DNA of 63,039 bases, filler included, from Octopus bimaculoides (GCF_001194135.2; 8 parts of 7 records of this genome joined end to end with filler, not necessarily neighbours in it); one strand, 5' to 3'; shown: positions 35,461 through 47,838, counted from the first letter of the whole stretch. The notes: a model not told the origin generated them from the sequence alone. Numbers and translations: made by a program.

Positions 35461-35712
35461 TGTTGATATTTTTGTTGTTGTTGCTGCTGTCCTAGTTGTT
35501 GTCGTTGTTGGTGTTGTTTCTATAATAGAAGTAACGGTAGCAGTTGTGGTGGTGTTGGTCGTGGTGGTGGTGGTGGTAGCAGTCGTAATAGATGTAGCAG
35601 CAGCAGTAGTAGTTGTGTTGGTGGTGCTGGTAGTAGTAGTGTCGTCGGTGGTGGTGATGATAATGTTTGAGTTTGTGGTGATAATGGTGGCGGTACAGTG
35701 TTGGTAGTAGTG

Positions 35713-35745
<33 letters not shown>

Positions 35746-35990
35746 CAATGTTGGTAGTAGTAGTAGTAGTAGTGGTGGTACAGTGTTGGTAGTAGTAGTA
35801 ATAGTAGTAGTAGTGGTGGTACAGTGTTGGTAGTAGTAGTAGTAGTAGTGGTGGTACAGTGTTGGTAGTAGTAGTAGTAGTAGTAGTGGTGGTACAGTGT
35901 TGGTAGTAGTAGTAGTAGTAGTAGTAGTAATAATAGTAGTGGTGGTACAGTGTTGGTAGTAGTAGTAGTAGTTGTCGCCGTCGTCGTTAC
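35460..35990. repeat. (GTA/GTG)n array with an embedded GGTACAGTGTTG minisatellite
   Basis: About six copies of GGTACA(G/A)TGTTGG separated by variable (GTA)n. Confidence 0.88.
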
Positions 35991-36821
35991 TGTTGCTGCT
36001 GCCGTTTTTTCCTGTGCATGATAGCATCCCGTGGCAGCCATGAGAGATTCCTAAACGATTCAAAAGATGAACGATTGCAACTGTCCGATTAACAACCACT
36101 ACAAAAGCCATGTGGTAAACTTTAGAATGCCAATAGATTATTTTAGGCTCCCAAGTGGGCCGTATATCAGATTTTAACCAAGATCTGAAATTGAATTGTC
36201 TAGAACAGTTATGAATGGTATAGATAAAAAGATTGGTTAGTCACATTGCGATTTGTTAAATGAAAATGTATCGAATTAAATTCCGTTTCTATGAAGGAAA
36301 AGAAAAACAGAAATACAGAAAGTCGAACGTTATTTCCAAGAGACGTTGCTCTGTCGTAATAACATACAAAAGTATGATCACGTAGCCATGTTGAAATTCC
36401 AGTAAATTTTGTTTTTCTTTTCTGTTGAATAAATAAATAGATGCGGTTGACAGTACAGACGTTTTCAAAAGTGTGTGGGTTTTGACTAAAATTTGGTGAT
36501 GGAAAAAAAGAGTACCAAGTTCGTAGTTGCTGCCGTAGTCGTTGCTATGGTCATCTCCATCATTTCTCACTGTCTTTCCTTCTTTCCTTCTTTGATTCAT
36601 TCATTCTTTTCTCTTTCTTTTTTTCCCTATCTTTCTTTTCTTTCTTTCCTTCATTCATTTCTTTTTGTATGTATGTGCTACGTGTGTGTGTGTGTGTTTA
36701 TGTGTGTGCATAAGTATATTTAAGCATATGTATAAGTATCTAGACATATACATATAAGCTCATACATGTAAGAATGTATATACATATGCATATATTTATG
36801 AATGTGTGTGTGTGTGTGTGT

Positions 36822-36852
<31 letters not shown>

Positions 36853-36893
36853 TATACTTCAATATAAAAATGAGATGCTTCAAAAGAAACAAG

Positions 36894-36929
<36 letters not shown>

Positions 36930-36951
36930 ATGCGCAGTCGCAGGAACGTAC

Positions 36952-37005
36952 ATCTGGGCAAATCTCGCTGCAATTCCCCTTGCAGAAGTTTATTAGTGTC
37001 CAATC
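36952..37005 (-). CDS. Candidate 54-bp symmetric (phase 1-1) coding micro-exon
   Basis: Acceptor ttttaattgatctcag| and donor |gtacgt. Open frame (G)LDTNKLLQGELQRDLPR. No homolog recognised. Confidence 0.35.
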
Positions 37006-38227
37006 CTGAGATCAATTAAAATTGTATGAATGAAATCTCGGAAATAGCATAAAAGCATGTCGAATGAAGTGTATCCTTTTAGCATTTGGATTATTCTGTG
37101 AAATGTTATGCTAAATTTAATCGCATTGTTTTGCATTAATTATGCATTATCTCGAAGCTTTATGATTTCCATGATATGATTGTTTATTTTTATAACGGCA
37201 ATGTAGCGTCGGTGGGAAAAGCCGGATCTGGTCAGAATTATTATTATTATTATGATTATTATTATTATCATTATTATTATCTTTGTTTATTTATTTATTG
37301 AGATTGTTAATGAAGTTTCAGAACTTAGAAAATTGCTACAAAAATCATACGAATAAAGACTCAAGAATTCAAAGTACCCAAGTTGATATGATAGACTAAA
37401 AACGCTTGACTGAGATGCCCCAGTATGGCCGCAGTCCAAGACGAAAACCAGCGAAAGAATGTATGCGTTATTTACCCACAACAGATCGTTTTCCCTAAGA
37501 CGGGCCACGCAGTGTAAAAAAGCAGTTGTTGTGGTGATGGTAGTGGTGGTGATGATGCTGCTGTTGCTATGGTTGTTGTTGTTGCTTTTATTTCATCCGA
37601 TGCATTATTAAAGACATCACGAACGATGTTTGACCGCCGTATCTGAGAAACCACAGTATGTTTATTTATTTAAAAAACGAAAATTGCTAATATTCACACC
37701 AACGCCATATTCACAGACCACAACATTTCACAATACACGCAAAAATTGAAATAAAATAAAATGAAAATAAAATAAAAATTAAACCAAAATATAATTATTT
37801 AAGGAATTTTAATATGGAACGTGTACATTTTTGCACTTAAAAATTTGTATTGCACAACGCATGTCATATAATGTAGCGAACAATGAAAGCCGGATGCATT
37901 GTCCAAATTTTCAAAAGAGCTTTTCTTTAAAAACAAATGAAAAAAAAAAAAAAAATCCCACAAAGACAACACAAACAGCAACAGCAGCAACAACGATCAG
38001 AACAAAACATCCTGATTGTGTTGTTAGGGTGGGTAATGAGACAATAAATAATTTATAGCAGTACATCCGAGTACAAGATACATTATTGAGAGAAGCTGAA
38101 CCTAAATTGAAATAATGTTATTACATGGATGAATAAGTTCCAATATGGAAAGAGTCGATGAGAGAGCCTGTACGTAGTCGGTCGATTTGCTAAAAATAGT
38201 GAAGAAATTATCAAGTGATTCCCTCGT

Positions 38228-38700
38228 AACTGACACTCTGTCGGTTACGATAACGGAACAAAATGCCTGCTCGTGAAATTAACGTGTAAGTGGTTGAGCA
38301 CTCCACAAACACCCGTATCCTTAATGGGATTCTCATAAGGATTCATTGTGACGCAGAGTGTGACAAGGCTGGCCCTTTGAAATACAGGTACAACTCATTT
38401 TTGCCAGGTAAGCGAAATGGAGCAACGTGAAACAAAATGCCCTGCTAGAGGACACGACGCTCAATTGGATATTCGTACACGCAAAGATCAATTTTATGAA
38501 TCGATGAGAGGAGTCACTGTGTTAGTCAGGGGCAAAGTATTGCCGTAGGAGTTTCTGAATTAGTCTGTTTACTCGTGGAATCAACGTGCAAGTGGCTGAG
38601 CACTCCACAGACGCAGTTCTCATGCAGATTCAGTGTGATTCTTCATGCGATAAGGCTGACACTTTGAAATACAGGTACGACACTTTTTTGGCAGATGAGC
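38228..38700 (-). mobile_element. SINE family C, one near-complete and one partial copy
   Basis: GCCTGCTCGTGAAATTAACGTG...GGCCCTTTGAAATACAGGTACAACTCATTTTTGCCAG occurs twice. Confidence 0.75.
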
Positions 38701-38789
38701 GGCAATCGGTTTATTGATTGGTTGAGAAAAAGTGAACGACATAAAAAACTAATGCTACTTTCGTAGAAGCCATTTCTGCTGGTTCATAT

Positions 38790-39111
38790 ATACATGGCTC
38801 AGTCGTTAGAGCGTTGAGCTCACAATCATGAGGTAGTGAGTTCGATTCACGGATCGGGCTGTGTGTTGTGTTCTTGAGCAAGACACTTTGTTTCACGTTG
38901 CTCCAGTTCACACAGCTGTAGAAATGAGTTGTGAGGTTACTGGTGCCAAGCTGTATCGGCCTTTGCTTTTCCTTTGAGCAACATCGGTGGCATAGAGAGG
39001 GGAGGGTGGTATGCATGCGCGACTACTGGTCTTCTATATACAACATTGCCCGGAGTTGTGTTCCGGAGGGTGTCTTTAAAGGTGCTATCCCATGACAAAA
39101 GGGTATTTATA
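38790..39111 (+). mobile_element. tRNA-derived SINE, family C head/core with a different tail (type 2)
   Basis: TGGCTCAGTCG A-box, GAGTTCGATTC B-box, core TTGAGCAAGACACTTTGTTTCACGTTGCTCCAGTTCAC, then a tail unrelated to type 1. Confidence 0.8.
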
Positions 39112-39430
39112 NNNNNNNNNNNNNNNNNNNNNNNNNNNNNNNNNNNNNNNNNNNNNNNNNNNNNNNNNNNNNNNNNNNNNNNNNNNNNNNNNNNNNNNNN
39201 NNNNNNNNNNNNNNNNNNNNNNNNNNNNNNNNNNNNNNNNNNNNNNNNNNNNNNNNNNNNNNNNNNNNNNNNNNNNNNNNNNNNNATTGCTCTAATCTGG
39301 CCAACTCCAAGGAAAAACAAAGCTAAGAGCATTAGATTCCTTCGAAGAAAGCAGCGAATGTATACAAGAACAAGGAGGAAAAAAAAAACCGAGAAATGGA
39401 ACGCAAATACAAATAACAGGACATTAATGC

Positions 39431-39462
<32 letters not shown>

Positions 39463-40025
39463 GCACGTTGAACTACTTTCTAAGAATATATGTATATATA
39501 AAAGTCGAACATATCTTGCTGCTGAATGGTTCGCAAAATTATATTAAAAGAAAAAATATGGTAAAATAATTCCCAATCTATAAATAAATTGCGGACGTAA
39601 ATCTCTGTCAAATTAATATTAGATCAAATTTAAAAGATATCGTCATACAAGCTGTAATCTGGTGATAAATATGTGATATATGTGAATGTATATCACAAAA
39701 CAGAAACCGTCTGTCGTAACGTTAAACTACTTTCTAAAACCTCGTCTAGACTCATACATACTAAATAGAAAACTACTGAATCAGACTACATAAAAAATTA
39801 AAAAACTGTTGGACGAAATAATAAGACCATAATATTTATTACAGTGTACAAACTATATAAAGCGTATTTCCGTATGTGTAGGTTATGTGTGAGAGAGAGA
39901 GAGAGAGAGAGATAGAGATAAAGAGAAAGAAACAGACAGACAGAGTCAGTGTGTTAGTCTGTCTGAAACAGAACACATTTACATATTTCTGATACTAAAG
40001 TCATATATAAATACTACTACTACTG

Positions 40026-40059
<34 letters not shown>

Positions 40060-40064
40060 ATAAC

Positions 40065-40442
40065 AACGGTTAAAAATTTTGGGACAGGGGCAGTAATTTC
40101 GTGAGAGGATGTAAAGTCTGTTATGCCAAAATTTGAACTTATAATGTAAAGACAGACGAAATGCCGCTTAGCATTTTGTCCGGCGTACTGACAATTCATT
40201 CTTCCAGCTGGCCGCCCTCGCTATAATAATAATACTTTCTACTATAGGCACAAGGCCTGAAATTTTAGGGGTGAGGAGATAATCGATTACATCGACCCCA
40301 GTACTTAGCTAGCACTTATTTTATCGACCCCGAAGTATGAAAAGCAAAGTGGACCTCAGCAGAATTTGAACTCAGAACTTAAAAACGGAATACCCGCTAA
40401 GCATTTTACCCACTGTGCGAACCATTCTGCCGGATCGCCGTC
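40065..40442 (-). mobile_element. SINE family B, two adjacent copies (one internally deleted)
   Basis: AATTTGAACT motif at about 40131 and 40363; an (AAT) tract separates the copies. Confidence 0.75.
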
Positions 40443-40641
40443 TTACTACTACTTATAACAGTGATCCACATGACTCCTGAGATATCACATAACAGCTTTT
40501 GGGGGTCATACAAGCAAAAGAGTAAACTGCGAATCCACAGTAGTATATTTAAGGGTCCAAGAAAAAAATTTGCTTTAGATGTTTTGCAGCAAGAAACAGC
40601 AATATTGCTTTTTCTAACGTTTTGCACAAGTTTACAGTTAA

Positions 40642-40737
40642 ACATGGCGTAGTGGTTAAGAGCGCGGTCTACTCACCCCAAGATTCCGAGTTCGATTCCA
40701 GGCAGTGACCTGAATAATAATAATAATAACAATAATG

Positions 40738-40768
<31 letters not shown>

Positions 40769-41120
40769 TAACAATAACAATAATAACATCGAAAAATACC
40801 TTAGGAACGAGAACCCAGGTTCGAAATTTCTCCAAGACACCTGATGAAGGCTGGAGGATATATCAGCCAAGAAAATGTCGAAAAATGTTTAAGGCTTATA
40901 TGGGCCTTTAGAGACTACATCACGTGAGGAAACGAGATTTGCCACGATCGAAGTTCGATTCGACAGTGAAGAAAGAGCCAAGGACCTCTCCACAAAGTCC
41001 TTCCAATTTGAAAATTTACTGATGATCCCTGCATAGCTTGGTCGTAGGGTCACAAAAATTAAAATAAAGAATGTGCCTCATGAAATATGAGGACAAATAT
41101 CCGTCAAATGTAAATAATGT
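40642..41120 (+). mobile_element. SINE family D, second copy, with a 216-bp foreign insert
   Basis: TGGCGTAGTGG and GAGTTCGATTCC boxes, (AAT)n, CTGATGA-A-GGCTG...CAGCC at 40841-40868; the tail resumes at 41087 (ATGAGGACAAATATCCGTCAAATGTAAATAATGT). Confidence 0.8.
40871..41086 (+). pseudogene. Probable LINE ORF1 (L1/Tx1-like) fragment
   Basis: With one frameshift and internal stops reads ENVEKCLRLIWAFRDYIT*G.RFATIEVRFDSEERAKDLSTKSFQFENLLMIPA*LGRRVTKIKIKNVPHEI, which resembles the RRM-like ORF1 of invertebrate L1/Tx1 elements (recalled similarity, not searched). Confidence 0.45.
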
Positions 41121-41605
41121 GACTAATCTATGCAAGTTTACGCGCGAAAGCCAATATTTCAAAGCTTATTTTAGATTATGTGTGCGGCTGTGATCGGGTT
41201 TATGTGTATGGGTGTAAGTCGTTGTGAAAAATTTTTGCAAAAAAAAAAAAAATAATAAGAGACGGTGTGTGTTATGTTGGGGGCAGAAAGAACTTTCAGA
41301 AAGGGACGTAACTCAACTAAAACATGCTTATACATGTATCGATAAAATATTTACCGTGAAAGTGGGCTTCAGATATGACCACAAGGTATCGACTAAAACA
41401 ACTAAAAAGCATCCATAAGGTTTGAAACCGTTGAGAACATTCAATGTTCAATAAGCATGATTCACATTAACAACAAAAAGAAAAAGAAAAAAAAAAACAT
41501 GAAAGGAATTTTGACCTTCAAGTGCTTTATTATTGTTACTGATAGTGAAGTCCTTTTAGTATTGTGTTTAGTATAGGTTACATATTAACTGTGTGCGTGT
41601 GATTT

Positions 41606-41657
<52 letters not shown>

Positions 41658-42429
41658 AAATCATGTATATACGTGAGTGTGTGCATGTATGTAAGATTAT
41701 GTATATACGTATGTATGCATATATATATGTATATATACATATATATACACATATATATATGTCTATGTCTGTGCGTGTGCGTGTGCGTGTGCGTGTGTAG
41801 CCAGTGTGCTTATGTGTATCTTTCTTTATCAGGATCTGTCTATTTATCTATAGACGCTCATAATTCTTTCACGAAAGAATTTTGGTATTCAATAAAATAC
41901 TGGTGGTTAAAAAAGAAAAAAAAAAATCATTAAAATTTCAAGGAGGCAACAAATCCCGCCTCCCCCCTCCTCACCCCATCCCCAACTCGACCTTAAAAAA
42001 AAAAAAGTAAAAAAAAAGAAATTAAAAAATAATACAATGAATAAATCTAAATATGTAAACCCTTTATATACTGCAAATGCCAAAGATAGAATAAAAAAAA
42101 AATTACAAAAATATTAAAAAAAGGAAACAATTCAACAACAAACANNNNNNNNNNNNNNNNNNNNNNNNNNNNNNNNNNNNNNNNNNNNTTAATTAATTAA
42201 NNNNNNNNNNNNNNNNNNNNNNNNNNNNNNNNNNNNNNNNNNNNTATATATATATTTGGGTGATTGAAAATTACCTCCCTATTTTAAAATACCTGCTTCT
42301 CAAACCGCTCAGGAATCGCATCTCTTGATTTGATCAGGATCTCTTGTCTGGTGGAAGGTATAACTTCTCGTATTTGCCCTTCAAAGTCGTTGGTTTGGTA
42401 GAGTAGACTTGTTCTTTTAACCTACCCCA

Positions 42430-44959
42430 AAGAAAAATGTCGCAGAGTTTTCAATCTGAAGATTTATGAACAGAAATAAGCAGTACGAGGAGAACAGATT
42501 GTTCAAAAATAGCCCGAAGTAATTCTTCCGAAAGTTAGGAGACAATTGGGAAAGTGTTGCTCCCGGTGCAAATTAAGCCAAGGAATTCTGGAGCGGATTA
42601 TGGGGAAACAATATGGTGCATAAAAGGGATGCAATGTGGATAGGAACTATCAAGACAGTATTACAAGGAGGAAGGAAACAAAGGAATGTTGTCATAAGCA
42701 CGGGTGATGTGAAAGAACAAGTGGGTATAGTGCCTAACTGGAAAGCCCCTCGGGCCAGATGCGATTCATGGCTTCTGGTTGAAGAGATGTCACGCGGTGC
42801 ATGAAAGACTAGCAGACTAATTGAATAAATGTCTCTAGAAAGCTACAGTGCCCGCATGGATGGTAACTGGGATAACAACACTTGTAATGAAAGATAGAGT
42901 AAAGGGGAATATTGTGGCAAACTACCGTCCCATAGCATGCCTAAACATAATCTGGAAGATACTCGCTGGAATATGTACGACAAAGACATACACTTTCCTG
43001 GCACAGGAAGAAATACTACCAAGGGAACAAAAAGGATGTAAAGGAGTTCTCAGGGTACCAAGGATCACGTGGTCATCAATAAAACAGTTTTGAGGCATTG
43101 TAAAAAACATCATACAAACATGCCTATGGCTTGGATTGACTTTAAAAAGGCATATGATGTGATGCCTCATTCTTGGATCTTTGAATGCCTGCAGATGCTT
43201 GGTGTTGCTAACAACATCACAAATTCTCTGACAGATAGCATGAAAGAGTAGGAAACCAAATTGTACTCAAGTAATGTATTCCTTGGAGGAGTTAATATTA
43301 AAAGGGAATCTTCCAAGGTGACGCATTTTCTCCGTTACTATTTGTAAATGCATTAATACCCATAACAATGACACTTAGGAATGTTAAGATGGGTTACCGA
43401 CGTGGGAAGGAAGGCCCATCATTGAACCATCTTCTGTTTATAGATGACCCGAAATTGTTTGGGCAATCTGAAAAACAGTTATATTCCTTAACCAAAACAG
43501 TCTAAAAGTTTGGTAGGGTCATTGGTATGGAATTTGGGATTACCAAATGCTCAGTACTTAATATGAAAAGAGGGAAGAAAGTAGCCTGCAGAGGATTACA
43601 GTTACCTTCAGGAGAGACCATGGGTGAACCCGACGGTAGTGGGTTTGGATACTTAGAGATTGTGGAGCTGGATGACATTCTAAACAGAAATGAAAGTCAA
43701 GGTCAGCGAAGCGTGTCAAAAAAGAGTGAAGAGGGTGTTGAAATCCAACCTGAATGCCAAAAATTTGATTATCGCAAGGAATATCTGGGCAGTTGTGGAG
43801 GTCAGATATAGCGCGTCCATCCTAAAAAGGACTAAAGAGGAAATATCAACACTGGATAGAAGGACGAGAAAATTGATGCTGCTGCACGGGGTGCTATACC
43901 CTAAATCAAACGTAAGCAAACTGTATATGAAAATAAAGAATGGTATCAGAGGACTAATTAGTATAAACCATTGTATAAGGAGTGAAAATAGAACGCTTGC
44001 TGAGTATTTGATAAATAATGATGAAGGCCTGCTGCAACATGCCTCGAAAGACATGAGTGTAAATTCAGATGAAATGATGGGCAAGGAAGAGTTTAACCAA
44101 AGAGCTGAGGAGAAGAGACAAGAAAACTTTGAAATGAGAATGCATGGACAGTTTGAAAGGAATACAGAAGACGCTAAGGATAATACTACATTGCGGGCAT
44201 GGCTTGAGCGAGGTGATTTGAAGCGTGCCACTGATCATTACTGTAAAAGAGCAGGCTCTCGCTACCAATTCATTGAAGTATAACATCTGTAAAACTTCTG
44301 ACATCCAGAAATGCTGACTCTGTAGAAAGAGTGGGGAAAATGTGATATACTGGTAAGTATATAGTTGGTAAGTGTATATGAAATATGGTAAGTGGTATAG
44401 TTGGTAAGTGGATATGAGAGCCTTGCACATAAAGAATACAAACGCCGTAAATACCAATATGAAGTAACAGAGAACTGGTATGAGAATGTACGAAGTAAAG
44501 TTATGCAGGAGGATGGAAAAGTAATGATACTATGGGGCTATGATTTTCAGACTGATCGTGTAATCCAACCGTCGGCCGGATATTGTCATATTGAATAAGA
44601 CAGACAAATAATGTCAGAGCATTGATGTAACCATACTAAATGACATGAATGTTGTGAGTAAAGAGGTTGAAAAACCACCAAGTACTCCGAATTGAAAGTG
44701 GAAATGGCAAGACTATGGAATGTGAGAAGGTAATGTAAAAGTGATACCAGTGGTGATCTGAGCGTTGGGCTCAATCCCATTGCAACTTCAAAACTTCGTA
44801 AGGCAACTGGAAATCGCATGCAACATTTAGGTCTTGCAAAAAGCAGCCTTATTGGACACAGCGCACATCTTAAGGAAAGTATTATATCTGAGGTCCTTGA
44901 TGTGACTTGACAGATGACTAAAGACTCCAGTGCATTGTTACCTACACTGTGTTATGAAA

Positions 44960-44960
<1 letters not shown>
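42430..44960 (+). mobile_element. RLE-type non-LTR retrotransposon (R4/Dong-like), 5'-truncated, frameshifted
   Basis: RT motifs YRPIACLNIIWKIL, LPREQKGC, WIDFKKAYDVMPHSWI, IFQGDAFSPLLF, HLLFIDD, GMEFGITKC; decayed CCHC; RLE PDIV..D region; QKAALLDTAHILRKVL; 3' UTR ends in (AAT)n at 44961. Confidence 0.9.
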
Positions 44961-45032
<72 letters not shown>

Positions 45033-45240
45033 CCTTTGTACTATAGGCACAACGGCCTGAAATTTGCGGTGAGTCAGTATGTCGATTACATCAATCCCAG
45101 TGCGTAACTGGTAATTATTTGATCGACTGCCGAAGGATCAAAAGCAAAGTCGACCTCGGCAGAATTTGAACTCAGAACATAAAGAGGGACAAAATCCCGT
45201 TAAGCATTTTGCCCGGTGTGCTAACGCTTCTGTCTGTTCG
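45033..45240 (-). mobile_element. SINE family B
   Basis: CTATAGGCACAACGGCCTGAAATTT...GTCGACCTCGGCAGAATTTGAACTCAGAAC. Confidence 0.85.
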
Positions 45241-45956
45241 AACAGCAAAACAACAATTATGATAATAATATTCTCATCAGTTTCTTTAAAATGGCATACA
45301 TGGAATAGATAGTAAAATTACTATGACAAAATAAAACGTAGACATTAGATTATATTTTTGTTATTGGTATATATATTCAGAATAGTTTTGCTATTTGTCC
45401 TATATATGCTATGTAAAACAAATTGAAGTGAAGGTGCATGGCACAATGGTTAGAGCCTCCGGCTTACAATACATGAGATAGTGAGTTCAGTTTGTTTTAT
45501 TATCTCCTCCTAGAGCTAGAACTACTTCTTGTCAATTCTATTTCTTGAGTCCCCTCCCTAATATGTTTTGTCACGAAAGTTATTTCAGTGTAGCTTCGAC
45601 ATATTTATTCATGCAATCACTTCATACATACATACATACATACATACATATAAATATATGTACGCGTGTGTATTATAACGGTTATAATAAGGACAAATTA
45701 GTAGTAGTAGTAGTAGTAGTAGTAGCAGCAGCAGCAGCAGGAAGAAGAAGAAGAAGAATCACAAGTATGTTCATGTACAATATTCATGTACAAATTCAGA
45801 CACAGACAGAAGTGTATACAAGCACACACATATATGCATATGCGTATATATATATANNNNNNNNNNNNNNNNNNNNNNNNNNNNNNNNNNNNNNNNNNNN
45901 TTAATTAATTAANNNNNNNNNNNNNNNNNNNNNNNNNNNNNNNNNNNNNNNNNNNN

Positions 45957-46420
45957 ATGACTGTCCCAATCGATATAAACGTATCTGTCAAGACCTACCA
46001 AAAACAGAGCAAATATAAAGATCTTGAAATAGAAATTAGCAAAATGTGGAATCTGAAGACGAAAACAATACCTATTGTCATAGGTGCCCTGGGAATGACA
46101 GCGAAACGGGCTGATTACTACCTAGCTCAGATACCAGGAAACCCCAAAATGGCTGAAGTTCAAAAGATAGTGCTCATGGGAACTGCCCATATCCTACGTA
46201 AAATACTGTCTATGTGATCTCAAATTTTAAAGCAAACACATAATTTTCTTATGGTTTCTTAAACATTCACTTGAACAAAACTGTACAAATCCAAATATAT
46301 AGTACCCTAGCCATAACACCTAGATAAACTTCTAACTTGTTGTCTCTTGAGGTCTCTGGGTGAGACTTGGATCCAACTTGTACAAATGCAAAACAAAAGT
46401 CAAACATAAAATAATAATAA
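45957..46420 (+). mobile_element. 3' end of a second, better preserved R4/Dong-like element
   Basis: Intact frame TVPIDINVSVKTYQKQSKYKDLEIEISKMWNLKTKTIPIVIGALG...QKIVLMGTAHILRKILSM*, then 3' UTR and a long (TAA)n array. Confidence 0.88.
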
Positions 46421-46469
46421 TAATAATAATAATAATAANNNNNNNNNNCAAAACAAAAGTCAAACATAA

Positions 46470-46558
<89 letters not shown>

Positions 46559-46846
46559 GTACATTGTTTTATCTTGGTATAAAAAGGTGGGCTACAGCAA
46601 ATATTCTGCTCAATACCACAGATTTACTTTGTCATTTGTTTGACCTTAACCAGTTGAGCATGTCCCTTGGTGGCTGACGATATGTGCATCTCTGTTCATG
46701 GGTAGTAGTGAGGGTGCATCATAGCCATGTGTTGAGAGAAATTCTTTAGGATTTGAATAATTTACCTTTGAAAACATGATGGGTATAATGGGCTTCGTAT
46801 ATTTTACCCCAGTGTCAGTTTGTTGGCATGCACTGCTCTCTCACTC

Positions 46847-46913
<67 letters not shown>

Positions 46914-47050
46914 GTTATAATAATAATAAATGCCAGCATTGAAAGTGGCTGGATGTGTTCTTCGCTGCTATGACCTGTCTGAAGCTGAAGACACAGAAAG
47001 ACTAATAAAATCCAGCAGGACAACTGAGAAATAACTCTCAAAGGTGCTGG

Positions 47051-47520
47051 AATATCTACAATTTCCTGTGAGTATTTTGATTTTCCCCTCAAAATAAGTT
47101 AAGAAACTTACATATATACAGTTTTCGAAGACACAAACGATCACCTTTAAAAACTTTAATATCTACAACTTCTATGAATACCTATCCTTTCCCTTCTCCC
47201 TGATTATTCGAAAATGTAAACATCCTCTTTATTCCAAGAACACTACAGTTGTCTCTGCTCGGACAGACAAAAGATCATCTCCAGTAAATTTTGAAACCTT
47301 AATATCTACAATTTTCTGTGAAAATTTTACCTTCCTTTCTTTTGCTGTTCTTTCTTCCTGAGTATTCGAAAATGTAAACATCTTTCTTATTGCAAAAACA
47401 CGACAGTCTTCTCTGAACGGACATACAAACGAACATCTCTAAAAAATTTAGAAACTTTAATATCTCCAATTTTGTGTGAACATTTTATCTTTCTTTTTTC
47501 CCTGACTACCCGCCTTTTAT
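47051..47520. repeat. Degenerate 105-160-bp tandem repeat (3-4 units)
   Basis: AATATCT(A/C)CAA(T/C)T at about 47051, 47158, 47301 and 47459; TATTCGAAAATGTAAACATC twice. Confidence 0.7.
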
Positions 47521-47838
47521 TGTAACAACACGATTAAATACATTATTAAAAAAATGAAGGAGGTAAGCACCTGCCAATATATACATACTGCACAACCACA
47601 AACACTGTAAACCACAGCAAAGTTTTAAAAGGAAAAGAAAAAGAAATTCAGAAATTCAAAAATTCAACAAGGTGAACATCTCTTCCTCCTACTATTCCCT
47701 TAAACACTCACATATTATGATCATCTCAAGTACAAGACAAAAGCTGAGACTAAACAACATTAAATAATAACTTTTAATAATAAATAGAAATAATAATAAT
47801 GATGATGATAATAATGATGATGGTGGTAATAAACGTTA

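Noticed and set aside
25516-37488. Exact 12-mer CACAACAGATCG at 25516 and 37477
   Set aside because: Several shared 12-mers are expected by chance in this much unique AT-rich sequence.
37476-37642. Possible minus-strand exon with AG/GT borders
   Set aside because: Its only open frame is out of phase with the 36952-37005 exon; it may be UTR but is unsupported.
41021-41052. CTGATGA followed by a CCCTGC/GTAGGG stem
   Set aside because: No GAAA or stem III follows, and it lies within the LINE ORF1-like reading frame.
46383-46480. Duplicated CAAAACAAAAGTCAAACATAAA(ATA)n
   Set aside because: The copies flank a 10-N gap; a contig overlap artefact.
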